This document shows, in pieces, positions 1 through 9,371 of a stretch of 57,877 nucleotides of DNA. Under the pieces are notes generated by a model, which was given only the letters and a program-made list of their open reading frames with translations, was not told the origin of the DNA and ran no database searches. Location: NCBI GenBank assembly GCA_964442385.1, contig CAYTYZ010000006.1, positions 1 through 57,877 on the forward strand, in the 5' to 3' direction. The position numbers and the translations under genes are program-made. The DNA is from an uncultured Gammaproteobacteria bacterium. Its GTDB lineage: Bacteria > Patescibacteriota > Microgenomatia > UBA12405. The number at the start of each line of letters is the position of its first letter. Within the stretch, counting starts at the first letter, position 1.

Positions 1-1141
1 TTTGTACTACCGGATAACTCAAGTTAGTCACTAGAATATTTTTGGCCAAAAGGTCTTCGGCAATCTTTTTAGATTTTGCACTGTCTCCAATTAAAACTGG
101 TTGGATAGGATGAGTCGATTCAGCAGCAAAGCATAGCCCAGCCTCAAGCATCAACTTCTTGAAATATTTTGTATTTTCGGCTGATTTTTTAAGCAGTTTT
201 TTCCCAGCAGGGGAGTCGACAATCCTAACGGCAACCAAGGCCGCTCCAGCGGTTCCAGGGGTTATGGAATTAGAGTATATATAAGTGGCCGAAGATTCCC
301 TTAGGTAATTTATTATTCTCTTGCTTGCCACCACATAGCCGCCATCGGTCCCAAATCCCTTACCCAAAGTGCCAACCAGTACATCAGCCTTGACCCCACT
401 TAATTCCTCAACTCCTCGTCCAGTAGGACCGCAAGCTGCAATTCCATGGCAGTCATCTACCACCATCATAACTCCCAAGGGATACTGACTATCATATTCG
501 TCTATTATTTGGCGCATTTCCGCCAGGTGCTGATACTCGCCGAGCATACTAAATACTCCGTCCGTAACCACAAGGACTCGTGACACCTTGCCAATATTTG
601 CCACCAATACCTCTCTAAGACTTGCCATATTCATATGTTCAAAAACCGCTTTGTTCTGGTCAGGCAGGTTAGCCAGTCTTATTCCATCAATAATACTTCG
701 ATGGTTAAGCGAATCTGATACCACCAAAACATCTTTATTTACAAGTGAATCCTTACTTTGACCACTACTTAGGCAAAACATAGTAGCTAAATTAGCCGCA
801 AAAGCCGATGAAAAAACCATCGCAGCTTCTCTATTATGAAATTCAGCCAGTTTTTCTTCTAATTCCAAGTGCACCTGCATAGTTCCAGAGATAAACCTAA
901 CCGCCCCCGGTCCAGTTCCATATTTAAGAGTAGCCTTGTGTTCGGCACTCATAACCTTTTTGTTAAACCGCAGTCCTAAATAGTCATTAGAGTTAAATAT
1001 TATTACTTTTTTATTATCAATATTTGCCACTGTTGCACTTTCCAAAGACAGGATTATTTTTTCCTGACGTTTTGTTGTTGCTACTCCGTCAATCCGCTCA
1101 ACTTCCGAATCTAAAATTTTGAAAAAATTATTTTTTGACAT
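1..1141 (-). CDS. kbl: Glycine C-acetyltransferase / 2-amino-3-ketobutyrate CoA ligase family (PLP-dependent alpha-oxoamine synthase). The C-terminus runs off the window start.
   Basis: Absent from the ORF track because it is open at the window edge. My minus-strand translation from ATG 1141..1139 gives MSKNNFFKILDSEVERIDG..NSNDYLGL..VRFISGT..SDSLNHRSIIDG..VVTDGVFSM..VVDDCHG..GTLGKGFG (PLP lysine)..YPVV. VRFI(S/C)GT and YPVV favour Kbl over BioF. Confidence 0.8.
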   Translation of the reverse strand, partial: MSKNNFFKILDSEVERIDGVATTKRQEKIILSLESATVANIDNKKVIIFNSNDYLGLRFNKKVMSAEHKATLKYGTGPGAVRFISGTMQVHLELEEKLAEFHNREAAMVFSSAFAANLATMFCLSSGQSKDSLVNKDVLVVSDSLNHRSIIDGIRLANLPDQNKAVFEHMNMASLREVLVANIGKVSRVLVVTDGVFSMLGEYQHLAEMRQIIDEYDSQYPLGVMMVVDDCHGIAACGPTGRGVEELSGVKADVLVGTLGKGFGTDGGYVVASKRIINYLRESSATYIYSNSITPGTAGAALVAVRIVDSPAGKKLLKKSAENTKYFKKLMLEAGLCFAAESTHPIQPVLIGDSAKSKKIAEDLLAKNILVTNLSYPVVQ

Positions 1142-1174
1142 AGCCTATTTTACTCCACTTTTAGATTATTTAAC

Positions 1175-1906
1175 TTGTACCAAGTGTTACAATGGTTAAT
1201 GATACCAATAAGTCAAAAGATAAAGGGTTTTGACAGGATAGCCCATGGCTATTTATTGGCCAAAAAGCATTTTACAGGTGAATTTCTAGGGCAGATATTC
1301 TTAACTGTATATGACCAAAAACTTAAAAAAAGTTCTACCGCATCTATATTTTTAACCAAAAATGAAATATTTTTATTTCTAGAAGATAGTCTTTCTGACC
1401 CAGTAGGCCTTTATCAGATGCAAAAAAGTGACTTATTTACAATATTTGACGAAAAGACTTCGGATCTAAAAGAAATACTCAATGCCACAGGTGGGGCTCA
1501 GATTTTAAAAGTTGAATCAAATTATCCAATTTCATATATTAATCTAAACAATAAATATTTACTTCTGCTTAGTATTGACAATGACATGAGTAGTAACGCG
1601 TCATTTTATCTTTATGAACAAATCTTAGTAGGCAAGGACTATCTTGAAAAAAACATAAAAACTCTAAAAGTAATCCAGGCTATCTTAAATTCCGAAAATA
1701 TCACTGATACTACTCAAATCCAAGGTATCTCACCTTTACTTTCAAAATTTAATACTTATTTCGTATTAGTTTCAGTACTAATTGTAGGTCCAGCTGTATT
1801 AATCTCCTTAACTATAATATTAGCTCAAAATCCAGGAGTTTCTTGGGTTCCATTCTTTTTGTTTACACTATATTGGATTATTAACATATTCAAATCTCCC
1901 AGATAA
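1175..1906 (+). CDS. Hypothetical protein with a C-terminal transmembrane segment
   Basis: 243-aa ORF with a TTG start; an ATG 8 codons downstream is an alternative. Hydrophobic C-terminus (FVLVSVLIVGPAVLISLTIILA). No recognisable motif. Confidence 0.45.
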   Translation: MYQVLQWLMIPISQKIKGFDRIAHGYLLAKKHFTGEFLGQIFLTVYDQKLKKSSTASIFLTKNEIFLFLEDSLSDPVGLYQMQKSDLFTIFDEKTSDLKEILNATGGAQILKVESNYPISYINLNNKYLLLLSIDNDMSSNASFYLYEQILVGKDYLEKNIKTLKVIQAILNSENITDTTQIQGISPLLSKFNTYFVLVSVLIVGPAVLISLTIILAQNPGVSWVPFFLFTLYWIINIFKSPR

Positions 1907-1973
1907 TCAGACTTATCTTGCTAACATATCAAGCAAAGAAATTTATTAAAATTTAATCCTATTTCCTCACTTC

Positions 1974-3332
1974 TTACTCCACAAGATGAGTATCTTTTAA
2001 AAACTCAAACATCTTGTTATCCTCAGCCTTCGTGGTTGGGTTTAAGTATCCTAGCCAAGGTATAAAACCACCATTTACAAGTTTTGATATTTGTTTTTTG
2101 TCGGCAAAGCTAAGTTTTGGACCAGTCAAATCAAAGGCCAGCTCGCTTAATCTATTTGACAAGTCAATTAGATCTCCATCAGCAAAGTCATTCTTAAAAT
2201 CACCAGCTATTTTATTTATTCTTTCCCGGTTAAGTACTAATCTGCCAAACTCATGATCCCACAAAGCTTTTTTCTGACTGGGGGACAGATTGTATACTTC
2301 ACCTAGCATTTCAAAAGACAAGCCTTCAGCTTGAGCCTCGGCAATAGCCTCTTCTGTCTGCAGTGTCGCCAGTATATTTTTAGAATCGAAAAACTTTTGC
2401 AAAGTGGGTGTTGCTGATTCCAAGGTCTGCCCTTTGGCAAAATAGGCATATTTACCACTACCCTTATTTACTTGACGTACACTCTCCTGCAATATATGGG
2501 TAAATTCGTGATAACAAGTTTTTCTAATAGAAAAATTCCTCACTGCCTTTTCATAACTTTCAGGACTTGTCGCTTTCAGATGGTCTAGGACTCCACTACG
2601 CTTGTACATAATCGAACCAAAATAAATGTGAACAGCACTAATTACAAATTGTTTTTTGCCATTGTCCAGGTTTTTTACATAGGCTATGCTATTTTTTTTA
2701 GGATCATTACTATCATCATATTCAAAAGTAGACAGGTCCGTTGGAAATATCTCATCAAGTTTTTCGATATATCTACTGTTTACGCCACGAAAGTTTAAAT
2801 AGTCAGCATACTCCTTGCGGCAGCTAACCAAGGTATTGGCAATTTCTTTACTAACTTCAGTGCCCAAGTATATATTCTTTAATTCAGGTGGTACTGTTTG
2901 TAGTTCGTTATTATCTTTATCCGTATTAATTATGCTTAATAGTGTTTCTTCGTCTGGCTGACTTATTAGCTTGGCCTCAGCCACTTTTCCGCCTTTACCC
3001 AAGGCTGCGTAAAACATCGTCACTGTCTCTACATCCGGTGAATTGGCAATTTTTGCTCTATTGATAGAAGAGATATCGTTGTAAATCGAACCAACCGAAC
3101 TGGCTGTATAGTTAGATAGATCATCTAACCCAAAAGCGCTAATCAAAGTTGCATTGTTTAAATCAAATTCCAAATCCAAAGTACTATTTGCAGCATGTCC
3201 TAAATTTTGGATATTATTAGTTGTCGAGGGTACCAACGGTAACAAAGTTTTATTGCTATCAATTGAGTTTCCACAGGCACCTAATCCAAGGCTCAGTACC
3301 ACAACTAAAGCACCCTTCAAATTTTTATGCAT
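1974..3332 (-). CDS. Secreted lipoprotein, putative zinc metallopeptidase (HExxH)
   Basis: Start refined to MHKNLKGALVVVLSLGLGAC, a signal peptide with an LGAC lipobox. An HEFTH motif (CYHEFTHILQE) lies in the C-terminal half. Confidence 0.6.
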   Translation of the reverse strand: MHKNLKGALVVVLSLGLGACGNSIDSNKTLLPLVPSTTNNIQNLGHAANSTLDLEFDLNNATLISAFGLDDLSNYTASSVGSIYNDISSINRAKIANSPDVETVTMFYAALGKGGKVAEAKLISQPDEETLLSIINTDKDNNELQTVPPELKNIYLGTEVSKEIANTLVSCRKEYADYLNFRGVNSRYIEKLDEIFPTDLSTFEYDDSNDPKKNSIAYVKNLDNGKKQFVISAVHIYFGSIMYKRSGVLDHLKATSPESYEKAVRNFSIRKTCYHEFTHILQESVRQVNKGSGKYAYFAKGQTLESATPTLQKFFDSKNILATLQTEEAIAEAQAEGLSFEMLGEVYNLSPSQKKALWDHEFGRLVLNRERINKIAGDFKNDFADGDLIDLSNRLSELAFDLTGPKLSFADKKQISKLVNGGFIPWLGYLNPTTKAEDNKMFEFLKDTHLVE

Positions 3333-3402
3333 ATACATCCTCATATATATTAACAGCAAATTAAGAGTACAATGGGGTGTTAGTCATATTTTTTTACCCC
3401 CT

Positions 3403-3747
3403 ATGTTAGTGCTCATACTTTTTTTAGTAGTCGGTTCGGCTCTGGTATATATTTCCAAGTTTAATTTTACGCCAGTGACAGTAAACCTCGGTTTTTATAC
3501 TGTAACCGACGTTCCATTATTTTACGTAATTATAGCCTCTTTTTTATTAGGTATCGTCCTTTCTTATCTTATTTCTTCGGCACATTCTATTTCCAACTTC
3601 TTTACTCTCCGTGGTAAAAATAAAGAAATAAAAGATAATAAAAATGAAATCTTAGAATTAACCAAAAAAGTCCACCAGTCGGAGCTTGAAAACGAAAAAC
3701 TTAGTCATAATCTAGAGGCTAAGCCACAAGACCCCAACGCTCTGTGA
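3403..3747 (+). CDS. LapA/DUF1049-like small membrane protein
   Basis: I use the internal ATG at 3403; the track ORF from 3154 runs antisense through the neighbouring gene. Two TM helices are followed by a charged coiled tail (KNKEIKDNKNEILELTKKVHQSELENEKL). Confidence 0.55.
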   Translation: MLVLILFLVVGSALVYISKFNFTPVTVNLGFYTVTDVPLFYVIIASFLLGIVLSYLISSAHSISNFFTLRGKNKEIKDNKNEILELTKKVHQSELENEKLSHNLEAKPQDPNAL

Positions 3748-4205
3748 AGACTATACTAGCCAAGATCTACAAGGCCTTGCATCTGACAAAGTCACTTCAA
3801 CTCTTGGCCATGCGTTTTCTTCAAGATCAATTTCTAGTAGGTGTAACTGGCATCATTTTTAATGACAAAAAAGAAATTTTACTATTCAAACACACCTACC
3901 GTACCCACTCATGGAGCCTTCCCGGTGGCTATTTAAAGTCGGGAGAACATCCCCGCGAGGCCTTGGAAAGAGAAATTAAAGAAGAATCAGGACTAGTTGT
4001 TAGTGTTGACGCCCCGCTTAAGACCCGTACCGATCGCGATTCTGCCAGGCTAGATCTTTGTTACACTGGTGTACTCATTGGTGGCGAATTTAAGGGAACC
4101 CATGAGGTTTCTGAATATGGATTTTATTCCATGGACAAGTTGCCCTTACTACGTAAAAACCAACTATTTCTAGTACATGAAGCACTTCAACTACTTGCTC
4201 CTTGA
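3744..4205 (+). CDS. Nudix hydrolase
   Basis: Nudix box GGYLKSGEHPREALEREIKEESGL. The GTG start overlaps the upstream stop (GTGA). Confidence 0.8.
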   Translation: MKTILAKIYKALHLTKSLQLLAMRFLQDQFLVGVTGIIFNDKKEILLFKHTYRTHSWSLPGGYLKSGEHPREALEREIKEESGLVVSVDAPLKTRTDRDSARLDLCYTGVLIGGEFKGTHEVSEYGFYSMDKLPLLRKNQLFLVHEALQLLAP

Positions 4206-4238
4206 CATGCACTTGTAGTTGCTGTAATATATTAATAT

Positions 4239-4406
4239 ATGGCAGATAATTCAAAGCAAAGAATAACCTTGTTTTTAAATCCTTCTCTGGCCAAGCATGC
4301 TCGTGCCCAAGCAGTAATTGATGATGTAACCCTAACCGTCTTAGTTGAAAGAGCATTGCTCTCCTACCTACCAGCAGAAACAGTAATAAAAAAAATAACT
4401 ACTTAA
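4239..4406 (+). CDS. Small 55-aa protein, possibly ribbon-helix-helix (CopG-like)
   Basis: Below the track length cutoff. My translation is MADNSKQRITLFLNPSLAKHARAQAVIDDVTLTVLVERALLSYLPAETVIKKITT, with the beta-strand (ITLFL) then two helices typical of RHH. Confidence 0.4.
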   Translation: MADNSKQRITLFLNPSLAKHARAQAVIDDVTLTVLVERALLSYLPAETVIKKITT

Positions 4407-4447
4407 ATATTGGCTTTATTTGTTTGATTAAGTGAAAAAGAAAATAT

Positions 4448-4657
4448 ATGGCTACTATAGTAAACAATCCACCAACCTCAGGTGATGGTGGAAGCGGGTT
4501 CTTGGTTGGTGTCGTCGTGCTGATCGGGTTTTTCTTAGTTTTAGTTTATTTTGGTCTTCCAGAGCTAAGGAGACTCAGCTCCAATCAGCAAAATAGTCCC
4601 TTGCCACAAATAGTTGTTCCAGACAAACTGGATGTGAATATCAACCAAACAAAATAA
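4448..4657 (+). CDS. Small single-pass membrane protein
   Basis: 69-aa ORF with one TM (FLVGVVVLIGFFLVLVYFGL), in a run of co-oriented small membrane-protein genes. Confidence 0.45.
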   Translation: MATIVNNPPTSGDGGSGFLVGVVVLIGFFLVLVYFGLPELRRLSSNQQNSPLPQIVVPDKLDVNINQTK

Positions 4658-4683
4658 TTTAATAATTTAGTTTTAAACAAAAT

Positions 4684-4932
4684 ATGGGTATTATACTATG
4701 GGTAATTTTTGGAGCACTGGCTGGCTGGATTGCTTCACTTGTCATGAAAACAGATTCTAACCAAGGAACTGGTATGGATATAGTTATGGGTATAGCCGGT
4801 TCAGTAATCGGTGGCTTTCTCATGAGTCTCATAGGCCAATCTGGGGTTACCGGTTTTAATATGTATAGCTTAATTGTGGCTGTAATTGGTGCCGTAGCGC
4901 TTATCTATTTAGCCCGCATAGTTCGAAAATAA
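4684..4932 (+). CDS. GlsB/YeaQ/YmgE family (transglycosylase-associated) stress membrane protein
   Basis: MGIILWVIFGALAGWIASLVM..GMDIVMGIAGSVIGGFL matches the Gly-rich TM pattern of this family, and the size of about 82 aa fits. Confidence 0.75.
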   Translation: MGIILWVIFGALAGWIASLVMKTDSNQGTGMDIVMGIAGSVIGGFLMSLIGQSGVTGFNMYSLIVAVIGAVALIYLARIVRK

Positions 4933-4934
4933 AT

Positions 4935-5153
4935 ATGTCTAAAAATATCAAAAACAATACTGTCCTAAGTGTAAACCCTGTTATGGCCGCCGTTGCTGCC
5001 GTAGGTGTTGTAGGTGCCGGTGTGGCAGTTGCAGGCGCGATTGTTATGTCTGACGAGATAAACCAAGACAAGGTAAAAGAAGTTTTGGCCAATGCTCAAG
5101 ATAAAAAAGAACAGATTAAAGAAAACGTAATTAAAGGAGTAGAAAAAGTATGA
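4935..5153 (+). CDS. Small membrane protein with an Ala/Gly/Val-rich TM and a charged tail
   Basis: 72-aa ORF tightly packed against both neighbours, with an ATGA overlap to the next gene. Confidence 0.45.
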   Translation: MSKNIKNNTVLSVNPVMAAVAAVGVVGAGVAVAGAIVMSDEINQDKVKEVLANAQDKKEQIKENVIKGVEKV

Positions 5154-5551
5154 CAGAATTTGTTAAAGAAACAGTAACTACTCAAACTTCAGATCCAGAT
5201 ATTATCTTGACAACTCCGGTCCCAGAACAGGCTGATGCCACCAAGACCCAAAAAACCGAGTATGTGATTTACTATTTTTTAGGGGCCTTAGAAATCCTCT
5301 TAGCCTTTAGACTGGTTTTAAAGATTACTGGTGCCAGTTTGTCCAGTGGATTTGTCGGCCTTATTTATGGCTTAAGTGGAATTTTTGTACTACCCTTTGA
5401 AGGCATCTTTCGCAGAGGTGTTTCACAGGGTCTAGAAACTGCTTCAGTCCTCGAGCCCTCCACTATCGTGGCCATGATCGTTTACGCCATCCTTGCCTGG
5501 GGTGGAGTCAAGTTGGCTCTACTACTTTCTGGTAAACAACAACCTGCTTAA
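5150..5551 (+). CDS. YggT-family-like membrane protein
   Basis: YYFLGALEILLAFRLVLKITGA followed by LPFEGIFRR resembles the YGGT repeat. Confidence 0.5.
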   Translation: MTEFVKETVTTQTSDPDIILTTPVPEQADATKTQKTEYVIYYFLGALEILLAFRLVLKITGASLSSGFVGLIYGLSGIFVLPFEGIFRRGVSQGLETASVLEPSTIVAMIVYAILAWGGVKLALLLSGKQQPA

Positions 5552-5584
5552 GTTTGCTAGTTAATTATTTTAATTTTTATAAAT

Positions 5585-5728
5585 ATGAATATCTCTCTCG
5601 GCAATCTTAGCCCTTTAGCCTCTATAGTTTTTGGGGTGCTAATTTTAATGTTTCCCAAGTTTCTAAATTATTTAATAGCAGGGTATCTAATAATCGTCGG
5701 ACTTTTAGGTCTCGGTATCCTAAGATAA
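5585..5728 (+). CDS. DUF3096-like 47-aa membrane protein
   Basis: Below the track cutoff. My translation is MNISLGNLSPLASIVFGVLILMFPKFLNYLIAGYLIIVGLLGLGILR. Confidence 0.45.
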   Translation: MNISLGNLSPLASIVFGVLILMFPKFLNYLIAGYLIIVGLLGLGILR

Positions 5729-5772
5729 ATATTTCTTAGTTTTACAATTATCAATGGAGATCCTAGATCTTG

Positions 5773-6279
5773 TTAATAAACACAACTATATTTTGCGTCA
5801 AAACAGTATTCCAAATCGATTAGGCTATATCTAGGATCTGGCCCACCCTTTCTTCGGTTGATTATAATAAACCCCAATTTCTTGTACATTTTTAAAGCTG
5901 GTTTAAAGAAAGGATGTTGGCTAGTTGTAACCATAGCCTTACTTAATGGCAACTCTTTAAGCCGTTTTATTACCTCCTCTATTTGTTTATGTCCCAAACC
6001 TCGATTTCTAAATTCTGGCAAAACGCAGTTCTGGCCAATTTCTCCACTTCTTGGGTCCCAGGATGCCAGTCCCACAATTTTGTTATTTTCCCAAGTAACG
6101 AACAAACATTTACCAATAGTTTCAGGATAGTCAAAAACCAGCTTGTCAAAGTTGTTCCACTTTAATTTTTCGTCTTTCTACACACCAGACGACTCTGTAC
6201 TTAGGTCTTTATAGCTTTCAGCAAGGATTTTACTAAGTTGTCCACGCGATAAGCTCAGAGCCGACAAGAACTTAATCAT
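5773..6279 (-). pseudogene. GNAT N-acetyltransferase interrupted by one in-frame TAG (codon 34, coordinates 6180..6178)
   Basis: ATG 6279..6277 overlaps the TGA of the upstream gene (ATGA). The reading is MIKFLSALSLSRGQLSKILAESYKDLSTESSGV*KDEKLKWNNFDKLVFDYPETIGKCLFVTWENNKIVG..., continuing in the same frame into the track ORF 5773..6105. That ORF carries the GNAT core EFRNRGLGHKQIEEV. Confidence 0.7.
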
Positions 6280-6587
6280 TTTATTTTCTTAATTTCCCTA
6301 AGCCCAATTATTGTCAAAATGATAATTAAGGCTTTTAACAGGTAGTGACCATCTAAATCCATAAAATATTTTGTCATTAAAGTTCTTTGCCCAACCAGCA
6401 AGTGGATCAAAATACTAATTGGCAATGTCCATATCAACCAAATCTTTCTTGAAATTTCCAGTTTTATTAAGTCAAATAATTTCGACAAAACAGGGGACAG
6501 TAGTCCCATACCAACAAAGGCTAGGGTCATATCAAAAATCGCATATTCACCCAACCTAAATTGCCGTAGACTTTCGATGGTTATCAT
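6276..6587 (-). CDS. Polytopic small membrane protein
   Basis: 103-aa ORF with three hydrophobic segments, translationally coupled to the GNAT gene downstream. Confidence 0.5.
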   Translation of the reverse strand: MITIESLRQFRLGEYAIFDMTLAFVGMGLLSPVLSKLFDLIKLEISRKIWLIWTLPISILIHLLVGQRTLMTKYFMDLDGHYLLKALIIILTIIGLREIKKIK

Positions 6588-6648
6588 ACTTTATTATACT
6601 TCTTTTTCCAGCTTGACTTACTGCTTTAGGTCTAATATGCTGTTTATA

Positions 6649-6760
6649 GCATTGTCCAGAGAATCTCCATTCCGCCTTGCGGAGTAGGGGTCGGCAACCG
6701 AGACTACAATAGTAGGTCCACGGTGCCAAGAACCTCGGCGTTAGTCGGGCTCAGACATGC
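6649..6760 (+). promoter_or_regulatory. SAM riboswitch candidate (SAM-I / SAM-IV clan) in the metK leader
   Basis: P1 is GCAUUGUC (6649-6656) pairing with GACAUGC (6754-6760). J1/2 is CAGAGAA. P2 is CUCC..CCGC-cuu-GCGG..GGGG. P3 is the hallmark GGCAACC..(CUAC-aaua-GUAG)..GGUGCC, followed by AAGAACC. It sits directly upstream of the metK RBS (GGAGG 6776-6780). Confidence 0.55.
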
Positions 6761-6785
6761 CTCTTATAAATTAATGGAGGAAAAA

Positions 6786-7892
6786 ATGAACTATTCCCTT
6801 TTTGCGTCCGAGTCTGTGTGTGCTGGTCATCCCGACAAAGTGGCTGATCAAATTTCTGATGCTGTGGTTGATGCAGCTCTTTCAGTTGATCCACTTTCCA
6901 GGGTGGCCTGCGAAACTCTGGTAACCACCAATAAAATTATTTTAGCCGGCGAAATTACCTGTCCTAAAAAACTAAATTTTAAAACTATAGCCAGAGCTAA
7001 AATAAAAGAATTGGGTTACACCAACCCCGAGTTTAATTTTACAAGTGAGTCCGATATCGAGGTTTACATCCACCAGCAGTCGCCCGATATTGCCCTCGGT
7101 GTAGACGATGGGGGAGCTGGCGATCAGGGAATGATGTTTGGTTATGCTTGTAATGAAACGACTAGTCTTATGCCGCTTCCCATAACCTTATCACACGAGC
7201 TGTGCCAAAAAATGGACGAGCCGCAAGAGCTGTATTCCTGGCTGCGTCCCGATGGTAAATCAGCCGTTACTGTAAATTACCTAGATGGCCAGCCTGTTTC
7301 TGTTGGAGCTATCGTCCTAGCCAAGCCCCTTGATTACTCTCAAATAGACAGTAAAGAAGCCAAGCAAATACTTATAAATGAGGTCATCATACCAATTTTA
7401 GAAAAATATAAACTAAAAAATATCACGGCAGACAAGGTAATATTCAATGGTACTGGCAAGTGGGAAATTGGCGGACCAGCCTCCGATACAGGTGTAACCG
7501 GACGCAAAATTATTGTGGATACATATGGCGGTATGGCTCGTATTGGCGGCGGTTGCTTTTCTGGAAAAGACCCCACCAAGGTTGACCGTTCCGCGGCTTA
7601 TGCAGCCAGGTTTATTGCCAAAAACATTATTGCAGCTGGTCTAGCCACCAGAGCCGAAGTCCAAATTGCGTATGCAATTGGTGTTCGCGATCCTATTGGT
7701 AAGGCCATCGAAACATTTGGAACATCTAAAAAAAGCCAAAAGGTAATCGAAGATTTTGCATGGGGTCTACTAGATCTATCAGTTGGTGGAATTTGCCAAG
7801 CCCTAGATTTACGCCAGCCAATTTACCAAGCCACTGCCCGCTATGGTCACTTTGGAAATCCATCGTATCCTTGGGAAAAAATAGTGCAATAA
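6786..7892 (+). CDS. metK: S-adenosylmethionine synthetase
   Basis: Start refined to MNYSLFASESVCAGHPDKVADQISDA, preceded by a GGAGG RBS. Further motifs are GAGDQGMMFGYA, DTYGG and GGGCFSGKDPTKVDRSAAY. Confidence 0.95.
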   Translation: MNYSLFASESVCAGHPDKVADQISDAVVDAALSVDPLSRVACETLVTTNKIILAGEITCPKKLNFKTIARAKIKELGYTNPEFNFTSESDIEVYIHQQSPDIALGVDDGGAGDQGMMFGYACNETTSLMPLPITLSHELCQKMDEPQELYSWLRPDGKSAVTVNYLDGQPVSVGAIVLAKPLDYSQIDSKEAKQILINEVIIPILEKYKLKNITADKVIFNGTGKWEIGGPASDTGVTGRKIIVDTYGGMARIGGGCFSGKDPTKVDRSAAYAARFIAKNIIAAGLATRAEVQIAYAIGVRDPIGKAIETFGTSKKSQKVIEDFAWGLLDLSVGGICQALDLRQPIYQATARYGHFGNPSYPWEKIVQ

Positions 7893-7920
7893 CTGGAAAG
7901 CTATTGCACTGACTTAATTT
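7875..7920. terminator. Bidirectional hairpin spanning the convergent stop codons of metK and the 7901..8596 gene
   Basis: AGTGCAATA (7883-7891) pairs with TATTGCACT (7902-7910) around a 10-nt loop. A T-run follows on the minus strand (complement of gaaaaaa at 7874-7880), and a T-rich stretch follows on the plus strand. Confidence 0.45.
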
Positions 7921-8596
7921 CTTTCTCTGGCATAGTACCATCAAAGCTCACGCCGTTTTGGTCCAGCTTTAGTGTTCTGATGTACAAATTTGGCACAGCC
8001 CTAATTCGCTCTTCGGCAAATCCATTGGCTGTAGACAGGTTTGAGCTAACCAAAGAACTTGGCACACTAATTCTACCAATTTGGACTTCACTCGGTACCA
8101 TGCTCACCTGGTTGTTGGTTATACTTACCCTACCTTTTAAATAAAATGGTGGATTAGCACTAATATGATATTTCTCCATAGCTTCTTTTACTTCTGCAGT
8201 GGAGTGAGTTAGCGATACAAAAGGTAAAATCTTATCCACATGTAGTATACCTGAAGCCTCGCCACTCCCATCTGGATATATCTTTATTTGAACTTTGGAT
8301 ATTGGGCTATACTGCCAGTTGTTACCGTTTACGATAGCCGTAATTTCACTCGAACTCATGGTAAATTTAACCTCTTTTTTACCCTCATATCGAACACTTT
8401 TTGTAATATCGTTTACTGCTGGTAGGGTAGTGGCCACCACTCCATTTTTCAGGTAAGCACTGGCCTTATCTTGCTTTGTGTAAGTTATTCCCAAGTCTCG
8501 CGGAGAAGTCATGCCTCCGACTAAATACCACCCAGTCACTAGTACCCCCACGATAATTACGACCAGCAGACCAAAAATTACTTTGACTGCACCCAT
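7901..8596 (-). CDS. Membrane-anchored hypothetical protein
   Basis: 231-aa ORF with an N-terminal TM (VIFGLLVVIIVGVLVTGWYLV) and a beta-rich extracytoplasmic remainder. Confidence 0.5.
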   Translation of the reverse strand: MGAVKVIFGLLVVIIVGVLVTGWYLVGGMTSPRDLGITYTKQDKASAYLKNGVVATTLPAVNDITKSVRYEGKKEVKFTMSSSEITAIVNGNNWQYSPISKVQIKIYPDGSGEASGILHVDKILPFVSLTHSTAEVKEAMEKYHISANPPFYLKGRVSITNNQVSMVPSEVQIGRISVPSSLVSSNLSTANGFAEERIRAVPNLYIRTLKLDQNGVSFDGTMPEKEIKSVQ

Positions 8597-8619
8597 ACCA
8601 TATTATACTCCTTAAAAAT

Positions 8620-9357
8620 TTAGAGTAAAAATTTATCCAAAAATATTCCAATCTTTGCGTTTACCTCTTTGATAATTTCAGGATGTCGGCGATAACTGTG
8701 GTCAGTATTTAGTTCAATTAGCATCTTTGGTTCTGGAATCGACTGGTATATTTCCTCAATTTCTCCAGGTGTATAAAATTTGTCGTTAGTTCCTGAAAAT
8801 AATAATTTAGGCTTATTACAGTTTCTCAAAATTGTCAGTGGCTCATATTTTTCACCGTCCTTAAAATAATTTAATGGCAGGGCAAACTCTTTTTGTTCTT
8901 TGGTTCTAACACTGCCTGGAGGTAAATCTCTGTGTTCTATTTGAACCCCATTGGCTAGATTGCTTGGACGAGTAGGTGATTCGTATGAAGACATTACCAA
9001 AACTATTCCCGTTACATGTGGATTTTCGCTAGCCAATATAGCTACATTTCCTCCCCGGCTATGCCCTAGCAGTAAAGTTGGTTTATTCCCCAAATAGTCA
9101 ATAAGATCATTTACAGCTTTTAAATAATTTATGGTTGTAAAAAGTTCAATTCCTCCAGGACTTTCCCAGGTTCCAGGTGGGTCAAGCGCTACTGCGTAAA
9201 ACCCCTTATTTGCCAATAACTCGCTATGGCTTTCAAAATTGGCATAATCTTTTGTGTCCAGCCTGCCGGGAAGTAAAATTGCCACTTTTTTAGCATTTTT
9301 ATCGCCTTTGGCATTTATAGCCAAATCAAAAGACTTCGTACTAACAATATTCATCAT
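8620..9357 (-). CDS. Alpha/beta hydrolase
   Basis: Nucleophile elbow LLLGHSRGGN and a C-terminal DHSY histidine region; 245 aa. Confidence 0.7.
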   Translation of the reverse strand: MMNIVSTKSFDLAINAKGDKNAKKVAILLPGRLDTKDYANFESHSELLANKGFYAVALDPPGTWESPGGIELFTTINYLKAVNDLIDYLGNKPTLLLGHSRGGNVAILASENPHVTGIVLVMSSYESPTRPSNLANGVQIEHRDLPPGSVRTKEQKEFALPLNYFKDGEKYEPLTILRNCNKPKLLFSGTNDKFYTPGEIEEIYQSIPEPKMLIELNTDHSYRRHPEIIKEVNAKIGIFLDKFLL

Positions 9358-9371
9358 CCAAGTATATCAAT

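Noticed and set aside
3154-3402. N-terminal extension of the LapA-like ORF (track ORF 3154..3747).
   Set aside because: The extension runs antisense through the 5' end of the lipoprotein gene and has no membrane-protein character. The ATG at 3403 begins exactly at the first TM helix.
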